Assembly (NCBI GenBank): GCA_904063045.1
Contig: CAJFCJ010000017.1
Span: 620,001 to 684,000, forward strand
Direction: 5' to 3'
DNA length: 64,000 nt
Origin: Dimorphilus gyrociliatus
Taxonomy: Eukaryota > Animalia > Annelida
The notes under the pieces are model-generated. The model did not search any database and had not been told where the DNA came from. It saw only the letters and a program-made list of their open reading frames with translations. The position numbers and the translations under genes were made by a program. Each line of letters starts with the position of its first letter. Positions within the stretch are counted from its first letter, which is position 1. Below, in pieces: positions 1 through 11,747 of this stretch.

Positions 1-647
1 GCTATTTAGCAGTAATATATATTTATATACATATTTAAGAGAAATACATAAATTTCGTTATTTGTATCCTTTATCGTTCTAAAATCTATCCAACGAAATG
101 ACAATCTATTCTATAGAGATTCATTAATTATTTGTATAGAAGAGTTTGACTGTTAGTTCTCCATAGTTGGTAAAAATTTGAATAGATTATGATTAATAAA
201 AACATCTTTCATTTATATAAAAACAACAAATTAACCAATTTCTTCGTAATATACATTTTCATTATATAATTTACGAAGTTTACTTTTAATAACATTTTAT
301 CAATAAAAAGTCAACATTATTAGTTTATTAACAAATAGAGCAAGTGTTATTTGTTTATTTATTCATCTATTCATATATTCCTTTGATTATAGGAAGAAGG
401 AATAAACAGATACAATATTAGAACATCGATTATTACAACTATTTATTGTTCGTTCTATAATTTATTAATCCTCTTAATTATACTAATCCTTCAATTTTGC
501 TATTCTTCTTCTTACTTGCTTTTTATAAATATCATCCTAAATATTGTTTATAAGCACTTTTTTTAATAATCTCTATTTAGTGTGACTTTATTACTATTTT
601 TTATTATTTCGCAATATTACGTTAAGATATTAAACTTTTAACAGCTG

Positions 648-657
648 TAGATGGCGC
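648..657 (+). promoter_or_regulatory. CTCF-like motif core upstream of MESD
   Basis: TAGATGGCGC matches the CTCF core YAGRKGGCRS, about 200 nt upstream of the MESD ATG; same core recurs at 16156 and 1870. Confidence 0.5.
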
Positions 658-852
658 GAGTGTTTGCACGATTACATCTTCATTTAAAACATCTAATATC
701 GCTCTCTATCGGCTCGTTTCTACTTTATCTTTAGCACTATAAATTTGTATTCTCTCTTTATAGAGGGGTTTTTTAAAATAATTTTTACTATTTTAATAAT
801 TACTTGAAAATATTAAAAATATTTCAATTTCAACTAAAAATAGCATTGAAAT

Positions 853-1700
853 ATGAAAACAATATTTTTAATTGTCTGTACGGAGCTTTTTATATTTACT
901 TTGATAAATACTGCAAAAGAGGATGAGAAATGGAAGAAAAAAGATGTTAGAGATTATACCGATGCTGATCTAGAAAGACTTTATGATCAATGGGAGGTAA
1001 GGTTTTAACTTTACTGAAAATTACAGGTGTTTATGTTCAAATAGTAAACAAGTTTTTATATAGGACACTGATCCTGATGAGTTGAGCGAAGATGAATTAC
1101 CAGATTATAAGAAACGTCCACCACCTATATACGAAAAGGATATACGCAATGTGAAAGATCCAGAAGAAGTATTAAAAATGTCAAAAAAAGGACGAGTGAT
1201 TATGTTATTTGTGACCGTTTCAGGTAAAAAACATCATTATAATATTCATATTTTCATCATTCTTCTCTAAGCTATAATTGAAAAAAAAACAACAAACAAT
1301 CATATTAGGTGATCCAACTGAAAGAGAAACTAATGACATCACTCGTCTATGGCATGGAAGTCTATTTAATGCTCATTTTGATATTCAAAGGTATTATAGT
1401 ACAATTGTAATGGAATTATTTTACAACAATCAATCTTTTTTAGGTATGTTATAGAGAAAAATAGAGCGATATTCAGTGTACCTGATGGCTCAAAAGCTTG
1501 GGATGTTAAAGACTTTCTTATCAAACAAGATAGATGTTTGCTAGTTACAATAGATGGAAAAGAATACTATGGCAAAGCTCATTCAGTGAGTAAAATGGAA
1601 AGTCTATCAAATATTAGAGTTTTAAATCCCCTCTTTATCGTTCTATTAGAAATTTGAAGATGGAAAGAAATCGACAAAATTAAAGAAAGATGAATTTTAA
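853..1700 (+). CDS. MESD: LDLR/LRP chaperone MESD (boca); 5 exons
   Basis: Exons 853-996, 1064-1223, 1309-1390, 1444-1585, 1650-1700 joined by GT-AG introns give signal peptide + KKKDVRDYTDADLERLYDQWE..KMSKKGRVIMLFVTVSGDPTERETNDITRLWHGSLFN..AWDVKDFLIKQDRC..KDEF*, matching MESD family motifs. Confidence 0.92.
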
Positions 1701-1844
1701 GAGTTTAAAGAAAAGTAAAATATTTTTTGTCCTCTTATCATTAAATACTTAATTTAATACTTTAATACTAAGTGTTAAGTAACTGGAATTTGTATAAAAT
1801 TGAATAATAAAATAAATACCATGTAAAATTCATAATGTCTAGGC

Positions 1845-1856
1845 TTTCCCGCCAAA
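1845..1856 (+). promoter_or_regulatory. E2F site upstream of CCDC40
   Basis: TTTCCCGCCAAA fits TTTSSCGC consensus, about 55 nt before the ATG at 1910. Confidence 0.45.
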
Positions 1857-1869
1857 TTTTTGTTTTTAA

Positions 1870-1879
1870 TAGAGGGCGT
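1870..1879 (+). promoter_or_regulatory. CTCF-like core upstream of CCDC40
   Basis: TAGAGGGCGT fits YAGRKGGCR. Confidence 0.4.
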
Positions 1880-1888
1880 TAGTAACAT

Positions 1889-1902
1889 ATTGTCATAGTA
1901 AC
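1889..1902 (+). promoter_or_regulatory. RFX X-box-like element of CCDC40
   Basis: ATTGTCATAGTAAC resembles GTTNCCATGGYAAC, 8 nt before the start codon of a motile-cilia gene. Confidence 0.5.
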
Positions 1903-1909
1903 AAACAAC

Positions 1910-4900
1910 ATGTCGGAGCCAGAGGATAGGTAGGTATTTTAATCTACAAAAAAACATTTTATATGATCTAGATATATTAACTTTTATATTTTAACAACAA
2001 TTGAAATAAATAAACAATTGTAATAGACGAAAGACTTTTAAAGAAAATTTTTTAGAATTCTGCAATTTATCATATAATCCTTTTTCAACAAAAGAAATTT
2101 TTTAAAAAATTGATTGAAAATTGGTAAAATTCAACCTTTTGCAGTGTTTAATTTCAAGATTATTACTTTTTGTAAACATATCTATATATTTAATGCACTT
2201 TATATGCAAATTCTAGGTCTTACAGCCCTTAATTTTTCAGTGAAACTATGTAAACGTTTGATTATTAATTACATAAAAATTTTGTTTTTATTGTTTATTT
2301 TAGAAAAAGAGAACATAAATATAAAAGAGGGTAAGGTCCAATATTAAGGAAAAATTATATATGTAAACGTATTCAATATATCTAAAAAACTGTTCGTTTA
2401 TGTAACATTCTTACGTAAAAAATTCATACTTTAATTCTAAATTATAATGTTTATTCTATTGAAATGATCAAATTCATCTTGCCTTTTGATTGTTGTATTC
2501 TTTCATTTAGTATATATGTATAGATATACAAAGAGCTAAATTGATTATCATTTCATTTATTCATTATATTCGGATAAAATAACATTATATTAACTTTTTA
2601 GGCCCCCCTCTCAAGTCGGCAACGTTGTCAGCCAAGTTACAGTTAAAGCACTTCAAGAAATGGATACTGGCGATATGGCTAAACGTAATCCGAAACCTCC
2701 TTCTAGACCGCCTTCGCAAGGTTCCAGACGATCTTCAGCCAGAGGATCTAAACCTGCCTCACCCAGTTTGGAAATTGTGGGATCTAGACCAGGATCTGCT
2801 ACTCAAAGAGATGAAGATCGTCCAGCTTCTATAGCCCAAGGAGCTTCTAGACCTGACTCAGCCGTAAAAGGAAGTTCTAGACCTGGATCAGCTGTGAAAC
2901 GTGAGTCAAGACCAGGATCAGCTGTAAAAGGTGGCTCAAGACCTGCGTCTGGTGTAAAGCCTCCCTCACGACCTGGTTCTGCAACAAGAGCTGGATCAAG
3001 ACCGACTTCAGCTGCCCCAGAAGGATCGAAACCAGCTTCAGCTGCAAAGGCTGGTTCTAGACCACCATCTGAGACTGGACCGATACCTCTATCGAATTCC
3101 AGACCAACATCAGCTGTAGGCAGAGACTCCAGACCAGTATCAGCTGCGGGAAAAGAATCCAGGCCTTCTTCGGCCGTAGGCAAAGATTCAAGACCAACTT
3201 CAGCTACCGTTAAAAATTCGAGACCTGGCTCTGCAACAGCTGAAAAAGCAAAAACAACAGAAGAAACGAAACAGCCATCACCCTCTGGGTCCAGGCCTAT
3301 GTCTCGTCAAGCACCAATTGGTGCAGCAGAAGAAGAGCAAGTAGACAAACCTGCATCTAGACCCAATTCCCCAGCGCAAATTGAGGGACAGAATAGACCA
3401 GTATCTGTTAAAGGATCGCGACCAACATCTGCTCCCGCTGAAGATAAAGATAAACCAATCGAAGAAAGAACTCAAGATCCTGCAGATGAGCCTACAGAAC
3501 CTGTTTTAACAACAGATCCGATGGATAGACTGGATTTTCTTGAAACATCTCCTATTCGTGATAGTCCTTTGGATGATTCAAGACAGAGAGGTGATGGAGG
3601 AGATGGTGGCGACGGCGGTGATGATGGTGATGACGATCATGATGAGCACGATGATATGTACGAGATTGAAGATGAAGAACAAATGATGGCTGAAGAAGAT
3701 GAGGAGCAGGAAATGGTTGTGCTTGACCCAGATCACGTAAGTATTAAATCTCTTTAAAAAAACACAATCCTGACAAAAAACTTTATTTTAGCCATTGATG
3801 GTCCGATTCCAAAAAGCCTTGAACAAGCACTTAAATCAAGTTAATGATAGACTTACTTTGGAACTTCGAGAATTGGAAGAGTCTGTTAAGAAGAATACAG
3901 TTGAAAGAGAGGATCTTGGTGTAGATTTGTACGGTGTACAGCAGGAATTAGCTAAATATCAAACTCTCTTAGAAAAATATCATGATGAACAAGCAGAGAA
4001 AAGGAATGAACAATTACGTTTAGAACAGAATTTAGACGAAGTTCGCAGAGTATATAGTAGAAAACAAACAGAACTCAATATGGAAAGATCCAGATGTAGT
4101 AAATTATTAAGCGAAGTAGAAAACTTGGCTCTTAAAACTCATTACATGGAAGAAGCCAAAAGAGATATGCGAGGAGATTTGGCAGTTATGAAAAGGGCCG
4201 CTGAAAAAGCGGACACAGAAGTTTCTAAGGCAGAAGTTGAGAAACAAAAGCAAGATCTGTATGTGAATAGATTAATTGAAAGAGCCGATCGGTTAGTAAA
4301 ATATTAATTTATGTTTAACGCGTCTAATAAATCAATATGATTCTAGTTTGAGGGAAGACATTGCACTTTTTGAAGCTCAAATATCAGCTCAAAACGAAGA
4401 GACCAAAGCGGCTAGAACAACTTTAGGTGAAGCTCAAATGGAAATTGAAACGATAAATATGGAAAAGAAACAGCTTTTTCAACAATGGAATAGTAGCTTA
4501 ATAGGAATGCGAAGAAGAGACGAAGCTCATGCTGCAATGTTACAAGCTTTAAAGGAACAGGAACAACGTGTTCTTACTCTTAATACGGAAATAGAAGCCT
4601 ATAAGAGAAGTATTTCCAAGGAACAAGAGAAGAATGAAAAGCTTACTTTGATACTAAATAAGACGGAAACGGATGTTAACACTGTATATATCTATATCTT
4701 TTTTAAGGATGTAATTTCCCTGTTTCATAATTTTTTTCAAACAATTTCAGGTTAGAAAAGCAATGGCCCAATGTGCTAAAAAGTACAATGACGCCAAACA
4801 CGAATATTCAACTAGACAACGCCTCTTATTCGAAACTGAACAGAGTTTAAACAAAGCTATTACTGATAAAACTCTAAAAGCTAACGAAGTCGAAGCCATA

Positions 4901-6544
4901 CGTAAGCAAATTGAAAGAGAATACGCGGAAAAGGTTAAGGTTGAAGATGAAATTTTGGAGAAGATAAGATCTCAAATGACTATGGATAAGGCTGCAAAAT
5001 ATACTTATAAAATGACACATAAATTGAGATCCATTACAAGGGAACTAGAAAGTACAAAGGCGAAAATTGAAAACGATATTTCCAAGAGTTCGTCAAAGGT
5101 CTTTGATGTTCAGACAAGAATCGACGGACTGAAAGGAATCTTGGAAGAATTGGATAAGGAAGTTAAACAGAGAAATGAAACCATATCAAAGAGTGAGGTT
5201 GATATGAACAAGAAGAATGCTCTTGTTGAAAGAAAGCAACAGACAATCGATCTCTTCAATAAGAAATTAGAGCAAATGATTGAAGCTGCCGGAGGTGTTG
5301 AGCTAGGACCATTGGAAATTCAAATAAACTCTCTTACTAAATCCATTGATAGTATGCAAGCAGAATTGGCTGATTTACAACAGATTTGGCTGAGAGATCA
5401 ATCGCAATTAGTAAGATTAGCAACTGAAAAGGATAGTCAATCATCAGATATTGAAAAATTAAAGAAACAACTAACAATTCTAAGCCAGAAGAAGATTAGA
5501 ATTGAAAGTGATATTAACAGACAATTGTCTCTCATAGCCGATTACGAAAGACAGATAAGAAACATGCAAAATGATATGATAAAATTAAATACTCTTGTTC
5601 ATAGAGAAAAGAGTTTAGAAGAACGCTTGAATGCTGATAATTCATTATCGGAAAATGATTTCATCTCTAAGCTAAGAGAAGCGGAGCGTGAATCAATTGA
5701 AATGCAAGAAAAAATGGACAATCTAAAAGAGGAAAAGGAAAGATTATTAAATAGCTTAATAGAAGCTGAACGTCAAATTATGCTCTGGGAGAAAAAAACT
5801 CAATTAGCTAAAGAAACGAGAGCTGCTGTTGATTCTGAAGTGGGTCAAGGCGAAATCAAAGCGATGAAGAGTGAAATTCATAGAATGCAAGTTCGGTTAG
5901 TATCTAAACACTTCAAAGGAACATTAGATATAACTTGTGATGTTAATATTTAACGTATTTACTTCAGATATTCGCAATTGATGAGGCAACAAGAAAAAAT
6001 GATTCAAGAAATGGAAAAAGCTGTTTCAAGAAGAGATACAATTGTAACTAGGGGAGATGCGCAGTCAAAAATGAATAAGAAAACAATTACTAAGGGAACC
6101 TTTCATAGAAATCTTGCTCAATTAAGGCAAAAGATTAAGCAAACAATTCAGGAAGCCACTGAATGCGATAAACAAATATCTGAACTGAAGAGAGATCAAG
6201 AACAACTAACAAATCAACTGGAGGATAAACAATTGAATGTTCATCAACTGAAACAAGTTTGTGAACAGATAGAAATTGATATCGATCAGCTAAGAGATAC
6301 TAAGGCAGCAAACAAATTTGACCTATTAAGTAAACAGCAAAAAACAAAATGGCTAAATCAGCTAAAAGAAGGAAAGTACAATAGATTTTGCAGAGATCAG
6401 GAAGCTGTAGATATAGAATTAAGTAAACAAATGGAAAGAACACAAGCTCTAGCTGCTATCGTTGATAGGTTAAATCAAGAATTTCCACAATCTCAAATAT
6501 CTTTAAGAAGGGTTACATTAGCTTTGAGACAGCATACTTCATAA
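1910..6544 (+). CDS. CCDC40: Coiled-coil axonemal 96-nm ruler protein CCDC40 with repetitive N-terminal extension
   Basis: Exons 1910-1929, 2602-3736, 3792-4291, 4347-4683, 4751-5895, 5968-6544, all phase-compatible GT-AG. Contains VLDPDHPLMVRFQKAL, REDLGVDLYGVQQELAK, QWNSSLIGMRRRDEAH, ERQIMLWEKKTQLAKE, EIHRMQVRYSQLMRQQEKMI, typical of CCDC40. Confidence 0.9.
2703..3432 (+). repeat. Coding tandem repeat of SRPxSA units (mostly 10-aa / 30-nt period) in CCDC40 N-terminus
   Basis: 19 RPxS motifs plus 2 KPAS in the ORF, e.g. GSSRPGSAVK RESRPGSAVK GGSRPASGVK. Confidence 0.9.
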
Positions 6545-6685
6545 AGAAATGGGAAAAAAATAAAAGTTTATATAAACTATTTCATCCAGTATTCTTTGAA
6601 TTTGTATTCTTATCCTTTTCGTATAATAAATCATAAACAAACAAACAAATATTTTTTTCGATTTTACAATCAACCTCTTAGACGA

Positions 6686-8798
6686 TTAATTCAATTTGGC
6701 ATTTTCCCTTATCCAATCAACATAGTGGAGAACGTTTGTATAAACACCTGGTATTCCTAATCCACATTCGTGGCCGAAACTTGTTATACCATATAGAACC
6801 CATCGGTTACCGGCTCTACACGATAATGGTCCTCCCGAATCACCCTGTAATTCAAAATTAGTTTTAATAGTAAATCGATATTGAATTGGATAGAATGATA
6901 ACTTACAAAACAAGCATCTTTGTTAGCTTCTCCTCCTGCACAAATCATTCTATCCTTCCATATTCTTTGCATACGATACAGTTTAAAATAAGCTGTAGAG
7001 CATTTAGCTACGTTTACGATTGATATTTGAAGTTGTTGTAGTTTATTAATATCTCCACTTTCTGTATATTAAAATAAAACATGAATAAAATAGAAAGAAA
7101 GTATTTTGTATAGCATTATCTTACTTTTTGTTAAACCCCATCCAGTAACGTAGCATTCCGCATGCGTTAACTCCGCATCAGGTAAACATATCTTTCTAAC
7201 TTTTTCATTTAGAATAGCTCTTTTATTGAGTTTGATCAAAGCTATATCGTTTAAATATGTATAAGATTTAAAATCTGGATGAATGATTATCTTTTCAACT
7301 GAAAATTCCTGTTCGGTGTTGTCTTTTGTCTTCCTTCGGTGTTCTCCTAAAATAACTTTATATTTGGACAAATCCGTTGTTCTGTTTAAAAAGAGAGAAG
7401 ATTTCTATGAGAATTTTATGTTTCAACTAGGCCCAACAACTTACAAAGTAACACAATGAGCTGCAGTTGCAATATATTGGTCTGATATAACAGTTCCACC
7501 ACACCTGGGTATGCTATTTCGTAAGTGAACATAAATCAAGGCTTGCCAAGGCCAATCGTTAGGTGAAGAGTCTACACCTCCAATAATACTATTTGATATA
7601 TAATCTTTCGTTTCTCCAGGTCTCAAACCGCAATCTCTTTCCAAATGAGTGGTTTTAATGCCTATTTTAAACCCACCCGCTGTTACACTATAATCGGATT
7701 TAAACTGTAAATATAGATCTTTTCCGGTAGCAATAAACTGGAAAGTTTTCTTAGTCCCACATAATTTTTCACTATATTTAGAGCTATTTGTTGGTGCGTT
7801 ATATATCTCTAAACTATCGTAAGCGCAATTTTGACCATTCTCCAAATCGAATGAATAGAAGGTCAGCATGGGCAACTGTAAGAGAATAAAGAGAATTATT
7901 TAGGTTTTGCGTTAAAAATTAACCTTTAAGTATATACGAACAAGGTGGCCATCACTCTTTATTCTCCAAGAGCAAAATACGTTATTAGGATAATCTTTCG
8001 GATAATTTAGAGAAGTTATAAATTGTTCTCTATTCGTTGCTGTTAGAATCATTGTTGATCCTTTGCAGGGACCTGCAACTGATAAAGAAAAGATCTATAG
8101 AATATAGTATATTAAAAGTGGTCTAATTAGAAATGAACCTTTTTTAGGAGTAAAATAATAGGCCAATCTAAATCCGGTCTTTGATAGATAATCATCAGAG
8201 TGGAATGTAATAATAACTGGTTCATTTTTTATCACAATGTCCGATGGATTTTTATTACCGCAGAATTTCTTGGAGGTTGAAGAAGTTTCCACTCTTACAT
8301 AATCATATTTGCAGTTTGTTCCATATTCAATGTCGAAATTTTTGAATACTAGTTTAAGCGTCTAATTCAGAAATTAAAGTATATTTAGATATTCTTAGCG
8401 TTAAATTATGTAATAATAATAATAATATATACTCCCGATTGAGATGGTTTTAATGTCCATTTGCAGTTTTGACCTAAATCATAATTTCTATTATTTCCAT
8501 ATTTAGGTGATGAGATATAACCGTTTCCTTTAACAACTATTTCTTTATCTTTTGGGCATTCAATTTTAGATTCTATAGTTTTAACAATAAAAAGAAGAAT
8601 AGATATTAATTTAATATTCTAATAGATTTCAATGAATTTTAATAATAAATTAAATTTTCATGAAAAATTACCTTCTCTTTTAATAAGCGTATTAAGTAGA
8701 TTTAATAATTCTTCATTTGATGATTCGGTTATAATTATATTAGTTGAAAAGTATATCAGAAACGTTAAAAGAATACTATTTAATCCAATAATAGTCAT
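6686..8798 (-). CDS. Secreted CUB-CUB-trypsin-like serine protease
   Basis: Signal peptide exon 8672-8798; CUB1 (GYISSPKY..QNCKWTL..CKYDYV..KFCG); CUB2 (ITSLNYPKDYPNNVFCSWRI..CAYDSLEIY..KLCG); protease domain IIGG, PWQA, TAAHC (His), NDIAL (Asp), spliced DACFGDSGGP (Ser, Asp189), PGVYTNV. Confidence 0.87.
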
Positions 8799-9296
8799 CT
8801 TAGTTAGGACCTAACCGTACTTTAAGAACTATCTTTAAAAATAGATCCAGTACGAACGATCGGCAAACATGTGGTATTGTAAATTGTTAAGGTGGTGGGG
8901 GGCGTAAGGCCTTTTAATAAAGAATAAAGCTATAATGTACAACAGAATAGGCTTGATACCAATAATTCGACTAACCAGGCCCTTTTTTTTTCTTATATAA
9001 ACAACGTATCCAATAGACTGTTATTAAATAAAGCTATATTATAAATATTGATCAATATTTAGACAAAATATTCACAAAAAAAAGAACTCAGATGAATATT
9101 ATAAAGATAAATCGTATAAGAAACTTGAAACTGAGATCTTATTTCTATCTTTAAGAGAACATATCTTTTTGAACGAATTATCATAATCGCAACATATATG
9201 TCTCTTCATTAATTGCTACATAACTATTGATAATTATTCCAAATTAGTATATAATTTCTCTGTACTAGATATCAGACTTTTAACTAAATATCTATT

Positions 9297-11242
9297 CTAA
9301 ATTTCATCGTCTCTTGCATTCATATTTTCTTCACTATTATCAGTTTGCTTCTTCAAAAGTCTTGGACCTGATATTGAAATTGCTGCTGCGCCAACTGGAG
9401 CTGTTACTAAAATAACCATTACAGCAACAGCCAATATCTAAAATATATAAAGAAATCAATTAAATCAATTAATACAGTTGTAAATAAATGTTTAGCTTTA
9501 TTACAATTAGTCCATTTTTCTCCTCAACCGAATTGAATAGCTTTTTCTCTCTCGTTATATCTAAAGCTTGAGAACCAATAGCTGCTTGAACAGTAGCTTT
9601 CGGCAACCAGGCAAGTGGAATAAAAAACTTTTCCTTAGTATTCAAACCTAATCGTAACACTGCCAAGAATGAGGCGATTACTCGAAACAATAAACCTATA
9701 GCAAGGACAGCTAGACCTAAACCTGTATAATAGGATAAGCTTTGTATAACAAACTCAAAAACTTGTAATTATTCTGATTGAAATTAACCTATTGTAGAGC
9801 TTTTAATTTTTGTAATGTCGATTTCTGCTCCAATTAAACCAAAAAGAAGAGGCTGAAAAACTATCCATAAATTAGCGAAATATTCAGAGATGATTTTATC
9901 GCTTCCTTCGTCTTTCCTCCAGTTTATGGCAGCTACAAATGGTATAGTTAAACAGGCAAGAGCACCAGCGCCCGCGAAGTCTAAATTTTTACTTCCAAAT
10001 ACGGCTAATATACCGTATCCAAACAGAAATATAAATCGAATAGGATGTTTGTTCTTGCTTGTCGCAGTAGGAATAAACCATAGTATAGTTCCTAGAATAA
10101 CTCCGAAAAGAACTCCGCCAAAAGCCTCCAATGGTCCTTTGGCAATTAGAAGACCAAAACTTCCTTCGCTAAACGCTATGCCAACACACAAACCAAACGC
10201 TGTAATGGCAAGGACATCGTCTACGCTGGCGGCTGCTATAACCAATGTTGGAATTCCCTTATCAATTCCATAACCCCTTTCTTTCAAGTTAAGTAAAGAT
10301 GGCACAACAACAGCAGGTGAAACTGCTGCTAAAACAAATCTATAAAAGACAAAACAGTTATTATATACTTGGTATTAGATAATAGTAAAGAAAGCAACAG
10401 ACAAAGTATGTTACAACCTACCCCAACATAAAGCCCCATGACCATGGTAAATCAAGAAGAAAGTGTGATACAACACCAACCGTTAATGCCTCTACAAGGC
10501 ATGGTATAAAAGCAAGCCTAATAACTCCAAAACTTAATTTTTTGAGGGCAACAGGATCTAATCCTAATCCAGCCCTTGTTAAAATGACTATAAGGGCTAA
10601 ATTTCGTAAGGCAGAAGACCAATCTTGGTTTATAGATTCTCCTATGGTTTTAATTCCGGGAACATTTCTTAACAGACAGCCAGTAATTAACATACCTGAT
10701 ATGAATTTAAATTGATTACAAATGTTCAATAACAATTCAAAATGATTGATACCTAATAGAGGAGGCATTTTTAGTAAATCAGCTAAGTCTCCTCCACAGA
10801 TGCAACAAATGCATAAAACAAAAATAGAGAAGAAATTCCCTCCAGGTAACGCTTCCTTTTTAGTGATTGACCAGAGAACACACCATATTAAAAACAATAG
10901 AATTATATAAGCTAAAAATTTGGCAAATCTTCCAAACGGCGGACATAACAAACCATATTTAAAACGTTGTAATTTGGATGGATTTGAAGGTAATGGATTT
11001 TCATTTCTAAGACAAGGTTTAAAAAAAGATCTGACGATACTACAACATTTATTACAACGTGAATTAGGTTCATGGGTCTCGACGTTGAGTTGATTGTTTC
11101 TATTCCCTGTTGCAAATGCTACTAAGCTATTTTCTTCTTCTTCTCCTTCTTCATTGTGTATTTTTATTGTGGGTATTTCAATTTCAGATTTTCTTGCATC
11201 TTCAGATCCGTGAAAATTGGATTTAGATGACATACTATCCAT
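9297..11242 (-). CDS. SLC9B2: Na+/H+ antiporter, SLC9B (NHA) family
   Basis: PPLLGMLITG, LRNLALIVILTRAGLGLD, AVSPAVVMPSLL, GIPTLVIAAASVDDVLAI (paired Asp), PKATVQAAIG, last exon 9297-9437 ILVTAPVGA. Co-orthologue of SLC9B1/B2. Confidence 0.9.
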
Positions 11243-11466
11243 TGAAGTTAAATCTTAGTTAAGATTGGTTATCAGTTGAAGAGTAATTATTGTAGAAAGT
11301 TGGCTATAAATATCAATCTTGTGAATGCGGCATCGGTTCTATAATGATTTTAATTGCATTGATAGCAAAAAGGGAAATTCTATAAGTTATTAATAACGCA
11401 ACTTTTGATAAGAGATAAATAAAACTTGATAAGAATGGGAAAGTGACCGACCTCTATTATACCAGT

Positions 11467-11474
11467 TTTCGCGC
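11467..11474 (+). promoter_or_regulatory. E2F site in the SLC9B/VPS45 divergent promoter
   Basis: TTTCGCGC exact match to TTTSSCGC. Confidence 0.35.
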
Positions 11475-11747
11475 CAGAAATAATAAATCATTTGCATATG
11501 ATAAAAAAGTTAAATTGCGATTTCTGCATAGGAAGAATTTGTAAAAAAATTAATACTTAATCCGTTACTTCTTAATTATAATTTTATACGAAACTAACAT
11601 TGTGCCACATGATTAAGCCCTATTTTCATTGACATCAATATTCCGAGGTATCAAATATTGCAACTTTTTTCTTCTAGATCGAAGCATCCAGCATAAAATT
11701 TACAAAAATCAAATAGACTTATTGACTAATTCAAATAAAACCTCAAA

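Noticed and set aside
1-640. Possible divergent gene or U12-type donor (GTATCCTTT at 64-72) upstream of MESD
   Set aside because: No sustained ORF on either strand and no convincing U12 branch point or coding context.
2803-3183. 126-aa antisense ORF
   Set aside because: Shadow of the CCDC40 SRPxSA repeat.
9890-10273. 127-aa + strand ORF
   Set aside because: Antisense shadow of the SLC9B TM exon.
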